Below are positions 40,880 through 53,597 of a DNA stretch of 64,000 bases, piece after piece; within the stretch, counting starts at the first letter, position 1, and every line of letters begins with the position of its first letter. Source of the DNA: Octopus vulgaris (lineage: Eukaryota); assembly GCA_951406725.2 (NCBI GenBank), contig OX597831.1, forward strand, positions 20,770,001-20,834,000, read 5' to 3'. Below the pieces are notes generated by a model, which ran no database searches, was not told where the DNA came from, and saw only the letters and a program-made list of their open reading frames with translations. The translations under genes and the position numbers were made by a program.

Positions 40880-42000
40880 TTAATTACATCACGGCTATTA
40901 CGGACTCACTCAACACAAATATTATTACAACCAAGACGTTATTTTGCGCTAATGTTAGGGTACATAACACATTAATATACACTCACGGCAGCCACGAAGC
41001 TAATGTGCGCAAATAGGACAGTTATGTGCACAAATAGGACATAGCGGCAGCCATGACGTTAATATGGACGAGTATCACGGTAGCCATGAAGATATTTTGC
41101 AAAAATATCGTAGCAGTCATGGCGTGAATAATTATAAATATCATAGTATCCATGATATTATTGACTACAAATATCACGGTTACCATGGAGTCACGCAACA
41201 CAAATGTCATAACAACCGAAACTTTATTTTGCACATATACGACAGAAGTCACAGCGTTAATATTCACAATTATCACAACAGGCATAGCGTTAATATGTAG
41301 TGACAAGGCGGCAAGCTGGCAGAATCATTAGCACGTCGGGCGAAATGCTTAGCAGTATTTCGTCTGCCGTTACGTTCTGAGTTCAAATTCCGTCGAGGTC
41401 GACTTTGCCTTTAATCCTTTCAGGGTCGATAAATTAAGTACCAGTTACTTAATCCGTCTGTCTGTCCTTGTTTGTCCTCTCTGTGTTTAGCCCCTTGTGG
41501 GTGGTAAAGAAATAGTTAATGTGTAGTGATATATGTGGTTTCATTACTCTGATTATCAAAGATTTTTCTACGAGAAACTCCTCTGTACGACAGATAAAAT
41601 CGCCATAAGCATATGTAATGATGTTATAACTGTAACAAAGTGGAGTGATGTTTGTAGCCTACAGGCGCAAACTTCTTAGACATGAAATTATTTTGCACAA
41701 ATATCGTGGCAGACATGAAATTATTTTGCACAAATATCACGGTAGCTATGGCGTTAATGTGGAGAAATATCAAGGTGGCCATGGCGCTAATAATTACAAA
41801 TATCAGGGTAGCCATGAAGTTATTAACTACAAACACCACGGCCGCCATGGCGTCACTAACTATAAATAACATAACAACCATGATGTCATTTTGCGCCACT
41901 ATCACGGCAGCCATAGTGTTAATATGCACAAATACCACAGTTGATATGCACAAATATCATGGTAGCCATGATGTTACTAAACATAATTGGATTTACTAAA
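40880..42000. repeat. Degenerate ~33-bp tandem repeat interrupted by a SINE
   Basis: Units like TTTTGCACAAATATCACGGTAGCCATGGCGTTA at 40880-41300 and 41680-41990. Confidence 0.75.
41305..41514 (+). mobile_element. SINE family A with a diagnostic internal deletion
   Basis: CCAGTTACTTAATCCG junction replaces the usual CCAGTTACGCACTGGGGTCGATGTAATCGACTTAATCC. Confidence 0.88.
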
Positions 42001-42307
42001 CGTAACAGACAGATGCCATGTAGATTGTACAAAAAGTATTAGAGAAACACACACTAACAAAAAACCTGAATATCACAAAACTGACGCAGTTATAAAATAA
42101 CAGAAGAATAATACATAGAGTCAGAAGAATGTCTCAGACAGTATGACAGTTACAAGACTAAAATTAGTTATTTATTACAGTTATTTATTATTATTACTAA
42201 ATCCAAAATATCACAAGATATAACCTGTTATAAAGATACTGACTGCAGTAGAATGACTGCATGTACGCCCAAAAGAATTTATCATGCTATTATAGTTACA
42301 AACCCAC

Positions 42308-43097
42308 GAATATATGCACTACTCGGTTAGGGGCCGGCAAACTACGGCCCGAGAGCCAAATCTAGCTCGCGTTCACGTATCATCTTATAAACACACACTT
42401 TATTGATGTTTGATACAAAAGCAAAATTTCTTTTTCTTAATCGATCGTTGGTTATCGATCAATAAAATTCAGTCGGAAAAAAAGGGAAAATTTTCATTTT
42501 TAGTGTAGCATCAAATGAATCGAAGTTTTAGATTAGTATAGAAAATGGAGTGATTTAAAAATTTGTTTGCGTTGTAAAAAATATCAGTATCTCCAGGTGG
42601 GGTATCTGACAGGACTGGAGCTGTCAGAGACGAATAGAAACTCGTACACTATTGAAATTTAACTGGCATGAAGAATCAATTCTAAGAAAAGTAGGTTTCA
42701 CAAACATGGTTATTTACCTGTTGCAGAAAGTAGATAATTTGAAGGTACTACAATTACCAGGAATATATGCACTACTAATCGGTGGGCCCGCACAGTTGTC
42801 CAGTGGTACCCGCGCAAGTGGAAACGACCACTCGGAAGACCTCCACGACGGTGGAATTACGATTTCAGGAGGGCGATTGGGATCACGTGGATGAGAAAGG
42901 CGCGATCCAGAAAGGAGTGGACAGCGTGCTGTGACCAGCGGTGTCAAATGGACGCCTGACGGACTGGTCGGTCAAGGTGATCAAGGTGATATGCACTACT
43001 AGATTAGCGGCCGGCAAACTACGGCCCGAGAGTTAAATCCAGCTCGCGTTTACATGCCATCTAACGCACACACTTTATTGATGTATGATACAAAAAC
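42308..43097 (+). repeat. Direct duplication of a hAT-like terminal sequence (42308-42420; 42761-43097 split by an RTE insertion)
   Basis: GGCCGGCAAACTACGGCCCGAGAG..AAATC.AGCTCGCG twice; resembles Charlie/MER45-type hAT ends. Confidence 0.6.
42778..42988 (+). mobile_element. 5'-truncated RTE LINE with 13-bp target-site duplication
   Basis: RWARTVVQWYPR..RPLGRPPRRW..WMRKARSRKEW; tail (TCAAGGTGA)2; TSD ATATGCACTACTA at 42765-42777 and 42989-43001. Confidence 0.88.
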
Positions 43098-43328
43098 ATT
43101 CAGTCACGTTTGAGTGAAACTAAAAATAATTTTAAAGCTAATCATTCTTTGTTTATGTTTTCGAGTGTAACTCGAAGTGGATAAAGCTGTAAATATTTTT
43201 TTCTACTATAGACACAAGGGTTACAACTCAGGAGTCAGATGCTTAGTCAATTATATCGATCCCAGTATTCAGCTGGTAATTATTTTATCGAATCCGGTGG
43301 GATTTAAACTTAGAATGTAAAGAACAGG

Positions 43329-43480
43329 AGCAGGAGTGGCTGTGTGGTAAGTAGCTTGCTTACCAACCACATGGTTCCGGGTTCAGTCCCACTGCGTGGA
43401 TCTTCTACTATTGCCTCGGGCCGATCAAAGCCCTGTAAGTGGATTTGGCAGACGGAAACTGAAAGAAGCCCATCGTATAT
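43329..43480 (+). mobile_element. SINE family B 5' half
   Basis: GCAGGAGTGGCTGTGTGGTAAGTAGCTTGCTTACCAACCACATGGTTCCGGGTTCAGTCCC. Confidence 0.82.
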
Positions 43481-43857
43481 ATGTATATATGTATATATAA
43501 ATATATATGGTGTCGCTTATATATATATATATGGTGTCGCTTATTATTCGTTTTGCTCTCTAAGATAACACTTACATGTTTCAGTCCTTAGACTGCGGCC
43601 ATACTGGGGCACCGCTTTCAAGAATTTTTAGTTGAATGTATCTACAGCAGTACCTATTAAAAACTTTTTTGAAAGCCTGTACTTATTCTATCGGTCTTTG
43701 TTGTCGAACCGCTTTAGCGAATTATCTCGATCCCATATATTTGATTATATATCCAACACCAAATTGATAAAATAGAAAGTTGATCGCGTGAGTATTTGAA
43801 CACAGAACGGAAAGAGAAAAAATATATATTTCTTAACTACCCACAAGGGGCTAGACA

Positions 43858-44100
43858 AATTTGATAATCAGAGTAATGAAACCACATATATCACTACACA
43901 TTAACTATTTCTTTACTACCCACAAGGGGCTAAACACAGAGAGGTCAAACAAGGAAAGACAGACGGATTAAGTAACTGGTACTTAATTTATCGACCCCGA
44001 AAGGATGAAAGGCAAAGTCGACCTCGGCGGAATTTGAACTCAGAACGTAGCGGCAGACGAAATACCGCTAAGCATTTCGCCCAGCATGCTAACGTTTCTA
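43858..44100 (-). mobile_element. SINE family A plus flank, inverted copy of ~41325-41563
   Basis: Same internal deletion and same ~50-bp unique 3' flank. Confidence 0.85.
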
Positions 44101-44365
44101 AACGATTCTACCCGGTACATAGGCTCTGACGTGACAAAGATATCTACTAACAAATATATTCACGTAGACTATAACAGGAAATTATATCATAAAACAAAGA
44201 CAGTTGTTCAGACACTAATCACTAAAAGGAGACTAGTTATAAAGACTAACACTAAAATATTTATAACAGAGAGAATACTAAATCTCCTTTAACCAAATTC
44301 AATTATTGTAACCACGAAGGTATATATCAAAAATAAATGCCGACCAAATATAATACAGACGCATG

Positions 44366-44397
<32 letters not shown>

Positions 44398-44423
44398 TGT
44401 ATGTATATATATATATATATGCG

Positions 44424-44465
<42 letters not shown>

Positions 44466-45356
44466 TATATTATCCACACACATAGGCACACGCACACACA
44501 CATACATATACATACATATACATATGTATATAGATGTAAGTATATATACATATGATATATATATATACATCCCCATATATATTAAATAAAATATGTATAT
44601 ATATATATACGTATATACACACATATATGTATGTATATTTGTGTAAACATATATGCATATAGATATGTATAGAATATACAGAATACATATGTATATATAT
44701 ATTAAATAAAATATTTATCTATATATATATACATATATATATATATAGATTAATAAATTATATAATAAATAACTTTAATTTTAAAAAACTAAATAAAGAA
44801 ATAAATAAAAGAATAATAAAAAAAAATATATATATGTATTTAAAATTTATAAGTTTAAATTATTAATTTAAATAACTTTTTAAATCTTAACTTTAATTTA
44901 AATATTTTAATTTGGAATTTTATATTTTATATTTTTTATATATTTTATTAATTAATTTTATTTCTATGTATTGGCTTATGATTTTCACTGTTTGATTTGC
45001 CTAATAGTGGTTTTATCTCTAATTTAATATAATATATATACATATATGTACATATATGCATATAAATATGTATATATATGCATATATATGTATATATACA
45101 TATATGTATATATATATGTATATATACATATGTATATATTTATGTATATATATTTATATATACATATATATGTATATATATATGTGTGTATGTATGTATA
45201 TATATATATACATACATATATATATATATATATATATGTATATAAACATACATATATATCCATATATATATGTGTATACATATATGAATATATATATGCA
45301 TATATGCATATATTTTTGCATATATATATATGTGTATATATATGAATATATATTGT

Positions 45357-45766
45357 TTTTTTCTGTAGCTTCAACTCAGAGCTGCAGCTATGCTGAGAAA
45401 CCACCGTTTTGCTATACTATAATTATTGAGAGTCTCCTCTAATATGTGGCATTTGGTGAATAAGGGAGTTTAATATCGCTACCCTCATTTGCACCTCTTG
45501 CCGCGAGGTAGGTTCATCTGGGTCTCTTGGCAGGAATATGTCTTGTTTTGATTTTAAAACACCTAGATCCACATTGTGTAACTCCCCCAGCCTCTTTGGG
45601 AGAATTTTAAAAAGCTGTGGGCCCCTGATACCCAGACTGTTGCAGCAAGTGGTCCTGAAGCGCGATGACATTCCTTGGATCTTTGGCACTGTGCAGGGCC
45701 GCCCAGTTCTGGCATTGCTACAGCTTTCAATGCCAAAATTTGCACAATTCCTTCCAGGAATTACCA
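45357..45766 (-). mobile_element. CR1-like LINE 3' end
   Basis: CCNSLGIRGPQLFKILPKRL..DIFLPRDPDEPTSRQEVQMR. Confidence 0.85.
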
Positions 45767-46139
45767 GATATATATATTTGATATTTAGTCAATTTTGTTA
45801 TAGATTGTTATATTAAATTTATAGATACTACACATGTAATTTTATCATATGGTTAGCTTATTTAAGGAGTTTGTCTATATTTGAAACCTTTCTTATTTTG
45901 ATTACAATTTAATGACTTGTAATAGCTTTGTGTAATTTATTTGATTTTAAAGTATTTTATTATTGAAGTATTATTTTATTTTTCACTTATGTATATTTAG
46001 AATTTTCATATATATATATATATTAAAGTATATTTATTAATTAATTATTTTATTTTAATTATTTTATTGTTCTATTTTAATTTTAACTTCTCTATTATAT
46101 GTAATTTTTCTAGATGGTGTAAATTAATTTGTTTTTCTA

Positions 46140-46171
<32 letters not shown>

Positions 46172-46249
46172 AGATCCGTGAATATATATATACATATGTG
46201 TATACATATATATATGTGTGTGTGTATATATAACTATCTAGCTAACTAT

Positions 46250-47136
46250 TTTAAAATGTTTCAGCGTCAAAGCTGCGGTCATGCTGGGGCATCACCGTTG
46301 ACTAAGCTACACCATTATTTGAAACCTCCTCTGATATGTGACATTTGGTCAATGAGGAAGTTTGACGCTGCTGCCCTCATCTGTGTTTCCTTCCGTGAGG
46401 TAGGCTTGTTTGGAACCCTTGACAGGAAGAGATCCAGTTTTGTTTTAAAGGCACTTACATCCGCACCATGCAAGTGTCTCAGACCTTTTGGAAGGATATT
46501 AAAGAGCTGTGGGCTCTCCTTTTTCATTAGACTGATGCAGGCGTTTCTCAATCTCCAATGGCACTCTCTCCGGGCGAGACTTCTCGCCACTTTTGCGATG
46601 CTTCCTCAGGCCGTTTGCAATCTTTGTCCGTCGTCTCCTAAGATGACATCAATGTCTCCTTTTCTCTTGTTTTGAAAGTTCGGTGGATCCATCCAGCTAG
46701 CCATCTGCATTTTATGACCAAATTGGTAATATGCACTTGGAAAGATGCATCATTGCTCATATCAATGCCCAGGTTACGCACTGATTTTGAGTCAAGGATT
46801 TCAGTTCCTCCTGAGCCAGTGTATCCTGTCTGCATGCCATTTAGCATTGTGTGCTGGTAGTGTAGGGTCTGAAATTTTCCTGCATTAAACTGCATATTGT
46901 CCTCAGCCCACGCGTATATTGTGTCCAACTCCCGTTGCAGATGTTCAATATTTATAAGATTTTGTATTGTCTGAGAGATTTTTGTGTCATATGCATAGCT
47001 AGAAAGGGTGACTATCTGAGCAGCCGAGGGCATGTCTGAGAGGGCCACTATGAATTTGTGTTTCCTTGGTAGTGGCTCCGTTGGCTACCACTGACTGACG
47101 TCCATCTTTGAGAAAGTTGTGCAGCGATTCTCCAAG
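46250..47136 (-). mobile_element. CR1-like LINE RT/3' end with internal deletion
   Basis: LSSYAYDTKI (YADD site), MQFNAGKFQ, VRNLGIDM, GWIHRTFKTR, then PQLFNILPKGLR..FKTKLDLFLSRVP. Confidence 0.88.
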
Positions 47137-47138
47137 AT

Positions 47139-47169
<31 letters not shown>

Positions 47170-47518
47170 GGTAGTTGTCTCCACCTTTTGAAGAGTCTGA
47201 ATGCTTTCTGTATCTAAATCTTAGATCCAGCATGGCGTTTGATGTGGCTTTTAAAACCAGAGAAAGTTTTGAAAAGATACCCACATGGATTGCATATCCG
47301 ATTTGGATCCCCAAGAGCTACAATTAAGTCCCGATCTTTGTATACAATATGCATATGTCATATACATACATACATGTATATGTGTGTAAATATATATATA
47401 TATATATATAAGTTAAATCTGGTATTAAATAATTAAGGTTTAGAGCAGTGCACAATGGAACCGAAGCGATTTTGTGCTATTAAATGCTTCTAGTTACAGT
47501 CATCTTGCACATTAATCA

Positions 47519-47550
<32 letters not shown>

Positions 47551-47553
47551 CAA

Positions 47554-47593
<40 letters not shown>

Positions 47594-48110
47594 CACACAC
47601 ATACACACAAAAGAAATGATGTATATATTAATACATGCATAGATTTTTTATTCAATTATATTTTTTCCTCCGTTTTCTTTTTATTTTGTTATCGCTTATT
47701 AACAATTGTCTCTTTTCCAATTTACTTTTGGCTTCTTAAAATATTTTCTGCTACATTTTATTTATTTATTTATTTATGCTTTTGCTATCTTCTCCATTTC
47801 AACGGTTGCACTGCAGACAATAACTTCTTAATTGAACTAAAATCATTATCATTGTTGCGGAGAAGGAGCTTCGGGCTGATGACGTGCTATGGTCGTAACA
47901 TGAACTCGGTGAACCGAACATGGAACGAGGCAGATTAAATTGTTACTTTGGAAACATTTCATTCAAATGTCCTCTGTTTCGTTGTAGTAGGCGTGGATTA
48001 TCAGAACGCACGTGTGTGTGTGTATATACATATGTATGTATATATATATATGCAAATATTTATATGTATATATATATGTATGTATATATATATATATATA
48101 TATTTATATG

Positions 48111-48144
<34 letters not shown>

Positions 48145-48224
48145 TATACAGTGTACATTTAAGCACATAAGAAAAAGAAGCACACTGTAAGTTATATAGC
48201 AGTGTAGTATAAAAATAAAACCGG

Positions 48225-48620
48225 TCTATAGGATTAGCCTGGGTTTCACGTCCATAAAGCGCTTAGCTTTACAGCGTATCATCAGACATCGAATCCTTTT
48301 GTTATATATTGTCTTTAGCAAGTGGCTTCTATAGAACATAGAGGAGCAGAGGATGTCGTTACTTCGTTGAGAACAAGGGATTGTGTCCCTTCGGCTGCTT
48401 TTGTAAGCAACTCTGTTATCGTGGGGATTTTCTTCGTTACTCAATGCCAACAGTAGCCGATTGTCACCATACTGCTATCGGGTGAGTCCTGGGATAAAGT
48501 AACGACATCTTTTCCTCCTCCATTTTCTAGAGAGGAGATATACCAATAGGTTTTGGATTCTGTCGATATGCAGTAAAGCAAAGCGCTTTATGGTTGGTAA
48601 ATCTAGGATAATCACATAGA
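48225..48620. repeat. Old diverged palindrome (~200-bp arms)
   Basis: CCATAAAGCGCTTAGCTTTACAGCGTATC vs GATATGCAGTAAAGCAAAGCGCTTTATGG; GATGTCGTTACT vs AGTAACGACATC; TCGGCTGCTTTTG vs CAACAGTAGCCGA. Confidence 0.72.
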
Positions 48621-49394
48621 AGGGCCTTATCGTCGTATATATATACAAAGTTATTTTATACCACAAGGATAAAAATATAGGAAAAATAGAAGTTGAAAAT
48701 GCACTGAGAATAGTTAAAGTATTTTTCATATACTTAAAGTTTTAACCGGTTTCACAGTTTACGATGATTTTCAGAAAGTTGACATAAAAAGACTTGGCTA
48801 ATGTCGCAGCTGTCTGGCTTCTGCGTAGTGTTTGAAGCTTGACCCCTTTTTATAGGGAGTTCATGGCTCAAATTAGTATATATTTTGAACAGGATTTGAT
48901 TGGTAGAGAATAGTCACATGACTAGTCTTGGAAATGATTGTAGGTTCCCCGCCACGTCCGTGTGTCAGTATCAAGTGGCAATATTTGGCGTCTGAATGTT
49001 TTCTGTCAAGTGACAAGTGTTTTTAGAGAATGTACACGTGATTAAGTTCATAACCTTTTGTACAATTCCTGCTACGTCCGTGCGTTAGAGTCACGGGACA
49101 GTATATTTTTGTGCCTAAATAGAAGGCCGATACGGATGGGTGAACATGTTTAGTTACAACCAAGGCACTCCAAATTTAACATCTGGTGGAAGAGTGGACA
49201 GGAGTCCGTTGTATCTTATCCAGTGGCTTAAGTTTACATTGTTAGCTGTGTAGGTTCCTCATGTTAAGTAGCAGAATGAGTTTTGTGTGTGAATACTTAT
49301 TTGTGTATGAAGAAACTATATACGTTAGAAATTGGGTCAAGCGATTTTCAGTTCGTGAAAGACAGTAAACATTTATTTAGAGTTTTCTAAGAGG

Positions 49395-49832
49395 TACAGG
49401 AGAGGCTTTGTGGAAAGAACTTTGGTTCCTAAGCACATGGATGGTCTCTAGATAAGCACTACTGCGTGGAAACATTGGCATGTGGCTTATACTATAGCCT
49501 CGGAATGACCAAAGCCTTGTAATGTGAGTGAATTTGGGAGACGGAAACTGAAAAAAGCCGTTTTATATATATATATATATATATACGTGTGTGTGTGCGT
49601 GCGTTCATGTGTGTGTGTGTATCTATTTGTGTGTATTTGTGTGTCTGTATTGACAATCAATGTTGGTATGTTTACGTCCCGGGAAACTAGCGGTTCAGTA
49701 AAAGCGCGTCATAGAATAAATACCAGGCTCAAAATGAAAATAAGGAGGACGATTAGTTAGACTAAAATTCCTCAAGGTTGTCTCGCAGCATGGCCCAGTA
49801 TAGCCGTAGAATAAATGAAACGAGTAAAAGAC
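49395..49832 (+). mobile_element. Diverged full-length SINE family B with internal microsatellite
   Basis: Head, CTATAGCCTCGG..GACGGAAACTGAA, TA/TG tract, 3' GCAGCATGGCC..GAAACGAGTAAAAGA. Confidence 0.7.
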
Positions 49833-50849
49833 TATAGATAAGAAGTTTAACTTGATTAGCTTTCAAAATTACCCATATAGCCGTTACTTAATGCTAGAAC
49901 TATTAATTGTATGAGTAGGTAGACGACCTCCTGAAATGACTTGCTATGCTTGTTCCTATATTCTTTTGCAACCTCGGACAATAAAATCTGCGATGATACC
50001 GTTACCATGATTTGTCGTCTATGTGTTTCTTTTGGAAAATATCGGTGGTATGGAAAGGATAAACTTGCATGCGTGGACAAATGCTACTCGTTCTCTAAAA
50101 ATGTTGCCCATGCGGTTACCATGATGAAAAGATCGTCAACCTTGACTGATTGGAGGCCTTAGAATCAGTGCAAGATACAAACTCAATCCTATAAGGAAAC
50201 CAGACTTAAATTTAAGCAGAGTTTGCGGAAGGTCAGAAAAATTTCGTTGTGATCCGTAAGAAAAATTTTAACGTTTTATGGAGTTGCTCTTCATCAGAAT
50301 GTTGAAAAAGATGACAGAATATTTAGTATGTTTGGCGGCGGTATAGGAAACATTCGAACCGTGACAGCCTCTTTTTTTATACTTATATCAACGACTGCAT
50401 CACCTAATGCATTTTTTCTTTATCTAAGATGGTATGATAATATCTTAAGTGATTTACCTGCTATTACTAGCAGTTTCACGAGTTAATAACACATCGTTCC
50501 TTGACTCATGTGTTTGCATTTTACTGTTGATTATGTTATTAATGTTGCTTAACCCCAGGTCAACCCTGATCCTGTAGAAATATTCATCGTTACTGCCTTG
50601 TCTTACTTTCTCACAAGTGTATATATATAGAAAGAGTACCCTGAACTATTTTCAAACACCACTCTTGTAATTTATCTTACTCTCTACATTTTTAAACCGC
50701 CACCTACTCATAAAACGAATAAGATGTCAACTTTCTAATTTACTATTCTATTTAAACCTTTGAAACTGCAATTTCTTTATCGCGGTTTTGTTTGAGTGCT
50801 CCTTTAGAAGTGCTCCTTTAGAAGACAAAAAAGCCTGCTGGAACATGGT

Positions 50850-51060
50850 TTTGCATATATGGATTGGGAGCACAATTAGAAAAGACACAGGTGGGCCTAA
50901 GAACTCGTGGCGTAGATCAACACAAAAGGAACTATAGAAAGGGGGACATTCGTGGCAGAGTATAAGTACAGAAGCGAAAAATTAATTATGCGACATGGAA
51001 TTCAACTACAAGTGGCCTATACTCCGCGTTGGAGGGTTAAAGGCAGAAGAAGAGGAAGAT
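50850..51060 (+). mobile_element. RTE LINE 3' remnant
   Basis: PKNSWRRSTQKEL..GHSWQS..GLYS followed by an AGA-rich tail. Confidence 0.55.
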
Positions 51061-52429
51061 GCAGAAACATTGTTATTTTCAGCCGTAACGCAAAACCATG
51101 TTGCAGCCTGTTCTATTTCTCTCAGAATTATAGTAAAATGAAATTGCCACTAAAGCGTATTTGCGTGGTCAGAAGGTTAATGGAAATACTTGAGATTGGT
51201 GTTTTTCTATTGAATATGCAATGTTCAGCTCAATGTATGAGATTGATTCTTAAGTCACTCATTTTCTATATAATCAATCTATTTATTTATTTAGTAATTT
51301 ATTCAGTGAAGTGAACCCAATTCTGACCATATACGATGTTGGAAAAACACATAATTATTTTGACCATGTCCTTCCATAATCTTAGTTATAAATCTTTTTA
51401 CAGACTTTTAATGACCAGAATTCAGTCTTTCCTGAAAACAAGTATTTCGGCCATGTCCGTCTATAACCGTGATTATATTATATTTTATAGTCTTTGTACT
51501 ACAGCAACTCCGACAACATAAACAGCACTTGCGATAAAATGAAAACATAAGAGCCAATGAAGCGTGAATAATCTGTTCGCTCAGACAGCAAAAGATAGTT
51601 AAATCTTCCTCATAACTTATCATACGGTCATCCAGTCTAACGCCATTGCATGAGGCCTTCATCAACTGACGCATTCAGAGCCTTTAATGGAAGATCCATT
51701 CTATTGGACGCATTTGCGCGAGTCCTTGGGTTTCAAGATACCCTTCTTTCTACTCGTCTTGGAGGCCAAGTAATGGGTCGTGGGCATTGCATTCACTCCT
51801 GACTTCAAAGATGATTAAAACGAACCAATTTTTGTTTTTGCTTTGCAAGATTCTTGATGTCAACTCCTTTATTGAAAAAATATTGTATTTTATGAGGTTT
51901 TACTGCCAGGGCCGAACGGTAAACATGCAATAAGTGAGGAGAGAGAAGTACCTGAGGAGCACTTAATCATTGTTAAGATCACAGACATTGACAAAGGAGT
52001 TTGACAGACTAAACGATTAACTAATCAATTAATTGATTTATAATCTAATTGATCGCTTATTAAACTGAAGTGAATCATAGCCTATGCGCGTGAGTTCATT
52101 GGCCCTATGACCACCTCGAAATACAAGAATAAAAAATCAACTTTTCTTAAAGGCACATAAATTACTTTAGCGATATCTGTTCCTCCTTCACAATATTGTG
52201 CTTTTTTTTTACCCGAATTCAGACCCTCCTGAAGATAAAAAATTATTTTGGCCATGTCCATTGCCCATGATATTGGGTGTAGTATTATGCAGTCTTTTCA
52301 CTAGAATTCAGCCTTTCCTATTGCATCAGAGGGGGATTTTGAGTTATTGCATCATAATTCAATCAATAATGATTGAATTTCTTTTTCGGCTGAACTAACT
52401 TGAAATGTGTCCATCGTTCATGATTTTAC

Positions 52430-53370
52430 TTCAAAGGAAAATAAATCAGAGAATCTCTGGTTGCTGTCAGTTTTTAACGATAATAAGTGCTCGCCAGTAT
52501 GTTTCCAGATCCATTTTGTTTGAAGAAAAACAGAAAACAAAAAAGAAGATAGCAGATTTCTGTTAGCTTAGCGAAGCTGTAGAAGATTTTTAAAAAAGAA
52601 ATAAAGAAAACTTGTTTGAAAAAGTTTCCAATTTTTCAGTAAATGCTTTCAAGTTAGTTATATAATCAATCAGTTTAATGAATTTTCAATGCAGTGACAA
52701 CTCATTACGCTTTTGAAATATGCAGGTTAGATAATATATGTTATTTTTAGGTTGTTTGATTTCTTTAACACTATCACTATGTTCTTCACTTTCTGGACAG
52801 TTAACTACTGTGTTTAGAAACACAACAACAAAAGGTTTGCTAACTAATTTCCTTTGGAAAGCCGTCTGACTTCCGTATAATGCGAAGAAACTTTCTGAAC
52901 AGGCGATTATATTTGCTATGCGGCTTCGTTTTAAAGATAGTTGTAATAGTTAATACTAAGTAAATATTGTAGGATTGGAACCAGGCTCTTTGTTACAAGA
53001 CTGTGATTGTGGCCGAAGTAATGAATTATAATGCTTTCAGGATTTGCTTTATTTTCCAAATATGCTGTGAAGCTTTTATGCCTTCTGACCATTGAAGAAA
53101 CACTATCAATAGAAATCGATATTAAATGTTGTATTGGGAAATGCTTCTATCAAACTGAGATCGTTAAGTAATAAAAACGGATTCCACACTAGTGTCAGTT
53201 TGTAAGCATTTTACAAATAATGGTCCCTAAATTAGACAGAAAGATAGCAAAATTTTTTATAAATTCGAAGGCTTCAATGTAAAGGATACTTTTACAAAAA
53301 GGACATATAAAACAACTTTGATAAAAAATTATACCTACTTTTCTGACGAAAACAATGCCGTTCTGAACAT
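52430..53370 (-). pseudogene. Decayed hAT (Charlie/Buster, ZBED5-like) transposase
   Basis: DSVSSMVRRHKSF..P..IIIH..H..L (cf. DGAP.M.G..CxxH) and HYTEVRRLSKGN (cf. HTEVRWLSRG). Confidence 0.75.
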
Positions 53371-53396
53371 TTTGGTCGCAACTGTATGTATATATG

Positions 53397-53453
<57 letters not shown>

Positions 53454-53541
53454 TTGTTTATTTATATACATATGTATTCATGTATGTGTATATATATACA
53501 AGTGTATATGTATGTGTATACTTGTATGTATATATGTATAC

Positions 53542-53596
<55 letters not shown>

Positions 53597-53597
<1 letters not shown>

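Noticed and set aside
47870-47905. CTGATGA..GTAACATG hammerhead candidate
   Set aside because: GAAA is mutated and stem II does not pair.
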